A stretch of 64,000 nucleotides of DNA from Neodothiora populina (lineage: Eukaryota): assembly GCF_041146345.1 (NCBI RefSeq), contig NW_027191411.1, positions 930,001-994,000 on the forward strand, given 5' to 3'. This document shows, in pieces, positions 48,483 to 58,399 of this stretch. The translations under genes were made by a program, and so were the position numbers. The notes under the pieces were generated by a model. The model did no database searches, was not told the origin of the DNA, and was given only the letters and a program-made list of their open reading frames with translations. Every line of letters starts with the position of its first letter. The first letter of the stretch is position 1.

Positions 48483-49350
48483 TTACCATACCTTGCCATG
48501 CACTAATACTACATGCGTGCAACCGCCGAGGAATTGGACAAGAAGGTACATCGGCAAACGCCTCCAAGGTAGCTTCCTGAATATGCAGTTGGTCAAGGTG
48601 ATGGCAGGATTGAGATAGGCTCCCGAATCACCAGCGACATAAACATCTAGCATTGCTCCCAAGCCCTGTCGCTGGCAGCTCGAGATCCATCTTCATAGAC
48701 CAAGATGGTCACTTATCCAACCCCACGAGATGGACTGACACGTCCTGTTGTCGTCAACACCTGGAGTATCCGCAGCTGACTTTCCCTCCCGGAGCACTCT
48801 GCTGTCCCGCACTCAACAGTACTTGCGCTACGCTACCATCGCTGAAGAGCACCATGATGAGCACCCCAAAGAACTCGGCAAATGGCTCTCGCAAAGAAAG
48901 CCGTACTTTCTCCACCACAGGTCGGATCTTGCCGCATAGTCTGCTTCTTCGTCTATCGGAACGTGAGGGTGCAATCCCATAGCCGAGCGCGCCTTCTGTG
49001 AGCTCGACGATGTGAGAGACGTGTGGGTATCTCGGGTTTCGGGAGCAATCTGAACGTGCTCGTTGTGTTCGACTTCGAACGTGTTCACTACGCCAGAAGG
49101 GTAAGGCAGCCGAGATGGCGTCACTTGATGCGTTATAGCCTGGAGATAGATTCGAACCTCGCCCCACCGCTACATCGGAATGAGCTGGAAAGCTGCTGGA
49201 CTCAGATACGTCCATGGCTGGTGTCGAGAATCCTGATCTGGGTAGACTTGGAGTGTATGCACCTGGCACTCCCAGAGGCTCCGTCGTTGCGTGCCGACCA
49301 TAGGTAATGTCCTCAGCATACGGTGTAGCTGTGTGTTCAGCACGCGACAT
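48483..49350 (-). pseudogene. Aquaglyceroporin pseudogene (first half only)
   Basis: REPFAEFFGV...QSISWGW | GLGAML.VYVAGDSGAYLNPAITLTNCIFRKLPWRR. Frameshift at WW-RK/VR (about 48905), intron donor reads ATAAGT, stop at 48483-48485, and no second NPA half. Confidence 0.85.
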
Positions 49351-50619
49351 ATTCACAGCTTTGCTAAACACTGCACTTGCGGGAGAAGGGTTGGAGGTCA
49401 ATTTAATTGAAAACCTGCTTTACTTCACCAATATTAATCAAGGCACGATCTTTAGAGGAATGCAAGAGCAGCTTCTTGTCACCTTTACTTTGAGGGTTCC
49501 ATCTATTCCGTCATCGTCGCAGATACCACTTACATGCTCATCTTTCCTCCTACGACTCCCTTGAACAGTAGAGACTACCCCACACAAGGCGAGGGGATGC
49601 ACCCCTTTGACGAGACCGCCATCGTCGATAGTGTAGTACAAAGATAGAGAGACTCTGTGTTTGTACACTTTAGGTACAGAGTTCACTGTACGCAAACAAC
49701 ATGATGCAGTTGAAGTGGGAGGAAGCTCAGCAGCAAAAGCAGTATGTACCTTTTCGTTCACCCATAGTGGTGTTGACGTGGACTGACTTGCAATTGCAGG
49801 ATACCTTTACCATACGTCGCTTATGGTGAGCCGCAGTGCTTAGACGCGGGGGTGTCCGTGGCATGGCGTTGGAGATCCGGGGGTTTGATGTGGGGGATGG
49901 GGAACCATGATCTTAGGGTATCAAGTGCATATCGACTCAAGGTACCGTGTATTCGGACACCCACTGTGATTCCCTGCATGAGATATCATGCTTGATATGA
50001 TAGTCACCTGATTGTGCGTGATCAGTAAGCTGATTTGTGTCTCGTGTCCTCTGTTGCTTTATCTAGTCCCAACACCTCCCTTGACCTCCTTGTTCTACCT
50101 ACTTGACCTCAAGCCAAGCACGCGTGATAGTATGCTTGAGTAGTTGTTGACTTGTATTTCATACTGGACATAGCTATGGCTGCTAGTCAAATGTGACTTC
50201 CCAAGCTATGGTGTGGACCTGGGTGGATTCTCACTCGCGTGGGAACGCGCGGATGTCGTTCTGTATCGAGGCACACATTTCTCTCCCCAAATTTTTCCCA
50301 GTCTGTATCTTATATAGTAGACACGGCAAATGGCAGGGAGACTCGATAGAGAACACTCGTTGTTTCTCCATGATCGAACCTTCGTAAACATTTGCCAATA
50401 TGAAACCTGCAACAACCCTCTGCTTCCAATCGGAGAATCTCGGCCTATCTCGCGCCTATCTCCGCCGGGGTAGATGATACAGCACCACTATTGTTTCTTA
50501 TGTTCTACACATCACCATCAGAGCGACTTTGGTACACTCAATCCATTCATATATCGATATCTAATAATCCGAACCCTCTCCTCACATTCCATAGACTTAT
50601 TCTTTTATTATAAGTGACC

Positions 50620-52563
50620 ATGGTAAAGACTCTTTTTAACGACGATGACTATGTCATAGTCGACTATCCCTCGACCTCATCTACCCCACATCCCGCCTCC
50701 AAAACGAACACCATATCAACAAGCACAAAGACAGACTACCTGGACAGTATATCAAGTATAATCGACAGCCTGAGTCCAGTCCTACGACCTCTCAACCTGT
50801 CCATCCACGATCACCCAGAGCTGGGCTACAAAGAACACCACGCCCATAAAGTGCTCACTGAGTTTTTGATCAACCGCCCAGGATGGGTCGTGACGTCTCA
50901 TGCGTACAATATCGAGACTGCTTTTGTGGCGGTATATGCTACTCAACGCGAGGGGTCTGTTGTTAGCTTTAATGTCGAGTATGGTGAGTTTTGTACCTGA
51001 CTAGTTATCCTCTACCTGTACGATCGGACGATCATGACCAAAGCTCATGCTCCTGAACATGATATATATACAATATCAGACCTGAGGTGCATGACACTGA
51101 CTTGTCACGAATTAAGATGCATTGCCGGGTATCGGACATGCCTGTGGACATAACCTCATTGCCATGGCCTCGCTCTCTGCCGCACTGGCTACTCAGGCGA
51201 TGATGGAAAAGGAGAAACTTGGTGGCAAGGTTGTCGTGTTCGGCACGCCGGCGGAAGAAGGTAGGCCTAGTTCCTTATCATTGCTATACTTTTGATTTGC
51301 TTGAGCTTGCTTGTATCTGCATTCGCTTTTCCTTGGTCAAGCACTGGCGCACTGTTGCTGCTGTTTCTTGACCTCTGTGGGTCGAAGAGCTCAAATCCGG
51401 TCAGCTTCACCTTGGGATCACTGTCTGTCAGCTTGGTCTTCTCAGAAAATCTTACTGTGAGCTCTCGAGGGCCTTTACATGAAGCTGCAGTGCGGTAGGA
51501 GTATTAGTTGTCAACTCATAACTTGTACCTCGATTCTTTTGGCTCATGTCTGCCTCTCTTGGGTTTCCCTGCAGTGGGACAGTTCCTCCTACCAGAAAGA
51601 AACCCGATTCATTTTCGATACTATCAGATCGAACAGTTCGGAAGAAATATCTGTCTCTACTAGCTGATCACTGACATCTCCCATCCAGGCGGCGGTGGCA
51701 AAACCAAGCTCCTCAAAGCCGGCGCCTACGCCTACGAAAAAGTCGACATCAACCTGATATCCCATCCAGGCATCACCCAAGACGGAGCACTGATGCGCAC
51801 AGCAGCGTACACGTCCTTCTTCGTCGAATACTTTGGCAAAGAAGCGCACGCCGCAGCCGCACCCTGGGAAGGGATCAACGCCCTCGACGCCCTCATGACA
51901 GCCTACACAGCGCTGTCCGTGCTCCGCCAACAAACCCAGCCAGGCGACATCATCCAAGGCAACATCACACACGGCGGCGTGAAACCCAACATCATCCACG
52001 CATACGCGGCGGGCCAATTCGTGGTTCGAAGCACGACAGCCGCGCGCCGCGACGCCCTCAAGCTTCGCGTCGACAAGTGCTTCCAGGCGGGCTCGCTCGC
52101 GACAGGCGCAAGGCTGAAAGTCACGCCTACGGGCTCCTACGACGACTTGATGCCGAACTGGGCGCTGGGCGCTCGGTACCGCGAGCATTTCAACGCGCTT
52201 GGGGGCAAGATTGAATTTGCGGAGTTGGACTATGAGCATGGTGCTACGCAGGCGAGTTCGGATCAGGGAGATATCAGCCATGCGATGCCGACTATCAGTC
52301 CGGCGTTTTGGATCAGGAGCGAGGGGCCTGATGGTGAGCAACTGGGCGGGCCGCACACGCCTGACTTCGCGGCTGCTGCGAGACGCAAAGAGGCGCATGA
52401 CAAGGCCATGATGGTTGGTAAGGCGCTGGCTGGCACGGCGGTCGATATCTTGAGTGTCGAGGGCTTGCTGGAGGAGGTCAAGAAGGAGTACGAGGAGACG
52501 AAGAGGAAGTCCGATGGGATGTGTGTTGACGATGACGATGTTCTACGAAGCACATATGTATAG
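50620..52563 (+). CDS. M20-family amidohydrolase (PM20D2/ACY1L2-like); introns 50984-51116, 51261-51688
   Basis: IHDHPELGYKEH, EYDALPGIGHACGHN, GTPAEEGGGGK, HAAAAPWEGINALDA, ASSDQGDIS, PHT. Confidence 0.93.
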
Positions 52564-52571
52564 AGAGACGA

Positions 52572-54178
52572 TTAGTTTCTGAAAAGCATCAAACCAGCCT
52601 CTTCAGCATCGACTCCGTCCTCATCCATCTTCTCATCTTCTTCCTCCTCTTCATCGTCCTCCTCACCAAGCCCCATCCTCTGCCCGAACAAACTCCCAAA
52701 CAACTCATCAGACTGCCTATCACTCCACACACTCCTATCCTCCGGCGCCATGAAATTCTGCAACTTCTCATGAACCGTAAACCGCAGCTTACGGCCTTTC
52801 GAGGCCTTCGTGTCGACGTTCTTCTTCGTCTTGGCATCTCGGCGCATCTGGAAACTAGCGTCGATATTCGAGGTGCCCACGGCCGCAGCGGCAGCGACCG
52901 AGTCCGCGCTGCGCTGTTCGAGGAGAGACTGCAATAGCAGGCCGTAAAAGTCTGCGTCGTCGTAGACGGACGGCGACTCGGATTGGTTGAGAGACAGCTG
53001 CACGGGCGCGCAAGAGCGAGGTGTGCGCGCACGCTTGACGAGGCGGTCGCCGGCGAGTTGCTCGTTGAGCACGTCGACGATGGTCTGCTCTGATGCCGCG
53101 CTGTTGTTCAGACGGTTTCGCGGCGTGATGGCTGCTGCACCGCGCGATTTCAGAGACCATTTCTCGAGGATCGGCGTTGTGTGTGACGAGGTCTGGCGAT
53201 TTTGGCTGAGCATGTGCGTCCAGAGGTCGGAGGTGGGCGTGTCTTCGGTGAATTGCGCGTGGGTGCGCTTTTTGCTAGTCTTCTCTGCGCGTGTGTTCTG
53301 GAGGGTTTCGCGGAGGTTGTTGAGAGAGGCCCAGAGGTTGAAGGCGGCTGTTTCGGCGGCGTGGAAGGCGTCCGCTGGGTAGTTGTCTTCTTCGTCGTCG
53401 GTGGACTTGGTCTCCTCAGGGGTAGAGGCAAGGGCAGTGAGGGTGTTTGTGCCGATCAGAGCTTTCTGTAGCTTGACACGGGCGTTGAGGAGAGAGTCGA
53501 AGGTGGCTCGCTGCGTCTTGACTGCTCGTCCCTTTTCTGCGTCTGCCTTTGCTGCTTGCGACAGAGTGGCTGCGACGTTCTTCTGCTCTTCGGCCATCAT
53601 CTTGCGCAGCTCGGCACGGTCGTCTTCCGCTCGGTCTGCGCCATCTTCTTCCTCATCATCATCGTCGTCCTCTTCGTCGCGGAGATCAGTGGCGGGGCTT
53701 TCATCGTCGTCTTCGACGCCCTCGTCACTGACATCTTCTCCATCTTCTTCATCTTCGTCCTCTCCCGAAACACCATCAATCTGGTCTTCCTCATCCTCGC
53801 TTTCGTCATCCTCATCAAAACCTCGACTAAACGGATCATCCTCCTCATCAGCCAATTCCGCTCTATCGATTCTAGACCCATCATAACGAGGGCCAAGCGG
53901 CACGATATCCTTCTTTCGCAGCTTGCTCTTGCCGACAGGAGCATAGTGTTCGCGTCCGGCATTCTCATCTACTTCAGACACGACATCGTCATCATCGTCG
54001 TCATCGTCTGACTTTGGCGATGGCGCTTCGTCCTCGGGGTCGAAATCTGCTGTATATTAGTATGATGAACATAGACAAAAATAAATTTGAAGAGGAAATG
54101 ATGAGACGAACCTTTCGGCCCAGGATTCTCGAGGTCCGCGAGCTGTTCGGCCAGCGTCTTGACTCTGTGTGGAGCCAT
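52572..54178 (-). CDS. BFR2: Bfr2/AATF ribosome biogenesis protein (intron 54111-54047)
   Basis: DFDPE, AGREHYAPVGKSKLRK, acidic tract, YDDADFYGLLL, VDTKASKGRKLRFTVHEKLQNFMAP, DELFGSLFG. Confidence 0.95.
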
Positions 54179-54855
54179 TGTAAATTGTGGCTTTTGATTG
54201 ACGGGCAGATATGTGTAAAGACAGAAAAGAATAATTTATGCAAAAGTTCTGGAGTATTCGCGCCTGCCCTTTCTTGCAACTTTGCGGCGAAACTTTCTGA
54301 ACCTCGGGGGATCAATGCGTCAATGCTTGGCGGTTGATGAGGTCTGCGTTGCATGGATGCCTCAGGCATTCCACTTGACCTCCATATTGAACTTGTGGTA
54401 TATATATAGTCTGTTGAAGCAAGTAGATTGGGCCGACTTGTGGTATATTCGTCTCCATCCAACAATAGGCTGTTTCACATATCTACTATGCTTACTCTAC
54501 AAAGGTATGAAACAGTAGAGACACAATACGCGTACTATGGTTATAGACCGCTGAATGCCTCTCCGTTCATTTTGAGTCATCACTCGTATACAGCAGAAAG
54601 TCGCGTGTTCATGCATAGTGGACCTTGCTGTCTTGGAGGAAGCTGTCTAACCACTAGTGTGCTATGCTAAAGTGCTTTTGCCCTCTATTGTTCCACTGAT
54701 CACGAACCCCATGTCCGACGTGGCTAGTAAAACCCACTGATGTCGACGGCACCAGCAGCATGGCCTGACCATCAAGCCTGTGATCAGTCCTGGCAGTCGA
54801 TCTATTATTACAACATCATGGATAGTCTCAGTGTCCAGCTGGTCAGAAACAAAGC

Positions 54856-56453
54856 TCAAGTGCGTTCGCTACCCCTCAGGCGCACGACCTGGCCATACTT
54901 TTGTAACTTGGTGATGAGTTGATCACCTTGCTTGACGACATCGTTGTATCTATTGCGATCGATTAGCTTTGGTCTATAGTCTTAGCTGTACTGCAAATAA
55001 CGTACTGCTTGTTCTTGTCGTCTGCGACTCTGGTCTCAACCACGCCTCTCACACGGTCGATGGTGCAGGTCAAACGCTGGCTTGCGATGAACGGGGCAAG
55101 ATCGCGGTCCAACCAGTCAACACTGACACCGAAGCTCTGAGACATGCTTTGCAAGCTGACGATCTTGTAGCTCTGGAGCAGTTGAGAGTAGGCGCGGCAG
55201 CGCATCTCCTTGACGTACCACCGTCTGTGCTCGTACAGGTAACGGTCTTGTGAGAGGAAGTTGGTCTCGACGTTGCCGAGTGCCTTGAAGAACACCTGAT
55301 AGTTTCCGGCATAGAGACTGTTGATCATCTGCGCGAGCGGAGTGAAATCGATCACGGGCTCGGCCTTTTCTTGGTATGAGCTGTTTCCGAGAGTGGTGAG
55401 GTTCACAGCGGCGGGTTTCGGTGTGGCGCTTGAGTCGACGTCCATCTCGGTCTCGGTAGACTTGGCGGAGACGGCACCGGAGAAAGCAGCGAGTCGGTCG
55501 TGGGAGTCATCGGACCCAATGATGGCGCGGATCTCGGGAGAGTCGACGACTCGTGACTTGAAATCGCGCCGGGGGAGAGCCACAGAGCCAGCAAGAATGG
55601 CATAAACGACCAGAGACGAGTATGAGCAAAGTTCGTTGCTGGTAAATGTGCTTAGAGAATCGAGTAGGAGAGGAGCGGCCTGAGAGTGGGCGCGAATGGT
55701 GAGGAGGTGAAGGCCCTGGTATGCCTTTAATCTGTTGCGACGATCCTATGGCTTTGGTCAGTATTAAACGTTACAAAAGGTCCGGTGGAAGAGATAAAAT
55801 ACCCAATCACCACCTGACTCTACCAAAGCAGCGCATTGCTCCACGCTCTTCTTGACTAGAATCTTGTCGTCGAAGAAAAAAGCTATGCGGATGATGGCAA
55901 GCACAATGTCGATCTTGCTTCCCAAAATGCCAGTCTTCTCCATCAGTGACTCGTAAGCGGCGATAGCAGCGTCCTTGTCGCCTATCCTGGCATAAAGCTC
56001 CGCCCTCTTTCCGCGTGCTGTCTGAATCTCGGTGTCGCCAGCCTGCTCTGTGGCCTCATCCTCCTCCTTCTGAATAGCGGCCAACTCGTCCTCATTCGCC
56101 TTCTTCAGCTCCTCGTAGGTCTTCTCATCCCACGGCAGTGAGACGCCGCCTGAAGCGCTCGCTCCACCCAAGACTGCAATAATGCTGCTGGTATTGATGC
56201 TCGACGTCCGCCTCAGCGACGGGGGGTTCTTGTGCGAGCTCGCGGATTCGGATTCGCCAGTGGCGTTCAGCTTTCCGGTCTGGGGATGTGCCAGGTAATG
56301 GTAAAGCGGCGCCATCTTGTGTTCCTTGATGCCATCTTGGATAGCTATGCGAGATGCCTCCTTGGCTGATTTGGAAGCAGATGGTGAGGCGATGGTGAAG
56401 ACGTGCTGTGCGAGGCCGAGGTCAGGGTAGCGGAGGTATTGTGGCTCACCCAT
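54856..56453 (-). CDS. RPN7: 26S proteasome lid subunit Rpn7; introns 55802-55746, about 55005-54950
   Basis: KMAPLY, YARIGDKD, GGDW|DRRNRLKAY, LLDSLSTFTS, EMRCRAYSQLLQSY, PCI domain, YNDVVKQGDQLITKLQKY. Confidence 0.96.
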
Positions 56454-56851
56454 CTCTGCGGTTGATGATGGTCGTCGAGGAGGGAAAGCAGAGTATGAGG
56501 AAGAGTTAGATGGAGAAAAGGGGAGACAAGGTGGATGAATGCCAGTCGGGTATTTGATGGATTATCAAGTGGTTGTAGTAAGTTATGAGACACAAGCAGA
56601 TACCTTACACACAAGCTACGGACATGCATCATCGTCGCGAGCTGCCCTTCCTCGCCCACGCACGGACTGCCCATGTGTATACGCCAAGAACATCATCTAA
56701 GAGTACTTGATCTACATGACCTTCCATACATTTCTTCTGTCAGGACACTTAACGTATATACATTTCCGACCATTCTCGTAGAGTTCTTCACATGAGGACT
56801 CGTACTTTTCTTTATATCCCTTTCGTCTCTGTCATCATCGTCCTTGATTTA

Positions 56852-57271
56852 ATGCAAATGGCACGTCTTTTTGCCCCTCAGGCTTTGACCCAGCTTCGAG
56901 CATCTAGTCCTTACGCCTTGCTTTCTCATTATATGCCTGCACGCTATATTTCGAATAACGCAGCTGCATCTGAACTCAACGTTCAAAATGAGGAGAACGG
57001 GAAAGTTCCGGGTTCAGTGAAGGGTTTGCCAGCACCGAATGATAAAGTGACAAAGCTCGACGTCAACGACGATGAAGGAGTGCGCTTCGACCATCTTGGA
57101 CCTATAGTTGTGAACAAAGACGGCACCATGAGTCGCATCACTAATTGGGACAAGATGGCAGATGTAGAGAAGAAGAATACTCTGCGGATCCTAGGGAAAA
57201 GGAACAAAGCTCGAATGGATGCTTTGAAGCAGCAGAACAAGGCTGAACGGGGACAAGACACTTCCTTATAG
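56852..57271 (+). CDS. Small conserved-looking hypothetical protein, possibly with a mitochondrial presequence
   Basis: ORF with motif FDHLGPIVVNKDGTMSRITNWDKM...LGKRNKAR; start uncertain (56792, 56852 or 56858). Confidence 0.7.
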   Translation: MQMARLFAPQALTQLRASSPYALLSHYMPARYISNNAAASELNVQNEENGKVPGSVKGLPAPNDKVTKLDVNDDEGVRFDHLGPIVVNKDGTMSRITNWDKMADVEKKNTLRILGKRNKARMDALKQQNKAERGQDTSL

Positions 57272-57583
57272 TCCTTGTTGGATCAGAAGTCATCTATCAG
57301 AAATCATCAGGTTGAGCCAGCATCGGGGACTAAATCGACCAAGCTTAACATATTGATGGCGAACGTCTCTACCTTTATTCGTCGCAACTGAAGTCTCAGA
57401 TGTATCCAAAGACACGAATTATTGTTGAACTACAGCTCTGTCATGTCTATCACCTCTTGCTCATGCCACAATGCGTAGGCGTCATATCTACCGCAGCCTT
57501 TTGCGGTTCCGACGTCATATGCTTTCCTTGCCATATCCGACAAGTCTCAAATCAGTTTCTTCGAGCATGTCGAGACGCATTGA

Positions 57584-58399
57584 CTAGCTCTCCCCGAGGC
57601 TGGAATCAGAGCCGCTTGAAGTGTGTGCTTGAGAACTAGCCGCTTGAAGTGCATTCTCGTACTCTACTCGCTGAGCACTGCTCACTCTGCCGGGATCTCT
57701 GTCGAGCAGCATGCTGACTGTATGGCCATGGCCATTAGAAGCAGCTGCTTGTAACGCCTTGTTGTACTCTCCACTTTCAGGACTTATATCAGCCCCATGG
57801 TCGAGTAGCATTTCCATCACGTTGGTACGGCCACTTGCAGTTGCAGCCTGAAGTGCAGTTGGGTCATGTGCCGTCTGGAAGTTGACTTTCGTGCCATGGT
57901 CGAGCAGTAGCTGAACGACAGCAGCGTAACCGCGTCGTGATGCGATCCTTAATGCATTTCCACACGCCTCGCGTTCAAAAGTGGTATCTGTACCCCAACT
58001 GCAGTCAAGCAAGATTTTGACTGTGTTTGTACGACCTTCAGAAGCAGCCGCTTGAAGTGCCTTTCCAAATAGTCTCAGAGTCGCCCTGTTATACGTCTCG
58101 TATTCGGCCTGGCCTAGCTGCCGTATCATCGTTCCTTCACTGCTACTGACCGAAGTCAGTAGCACTTTGACTGTGCTTTCGTGGCCGTCTGAAGAGGCTG
58201 TCGGTAGAACCTCTCCGAGCTCCTCGTGATGAGCAATGATGCTTTCGCCCCATGCTCGTGTGGTCAGCATCTTGACTATCATATCATTGTCGTCTTCAAG
58301 GTCAGGTGACTTCAGTGCATTCACACATGCCTTACGGCAGCGATCAACGTCTGTTTCCCACCGACATTCGAGCAAAACCTTGACAATATTGCCATGGCA
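57584..58399 (-). pseudogene. In-frame continuation of the ankyrin gene beyond the TAA at 58400-58402 (further ankyrin repeats)
   Basis: Same frame: LLAAAT*CHGNIVKVLLEC... followed by ALQAAASEGRTNTVKILL, ALRIASRRGYAAVVQLLLDHG, ALQAAASNGHGHTVSMLL. Confidence 0.75.

Noticed and set aside
1646..56674. Numerous long antisense or alternate-frame ORFs overlapping real genes (e.g. 3184-3801, 43873-44460, 51589-52398)
   Set aside because: Expected shadows of GC-rich, codon-biased coding sequence; no independent motifs.
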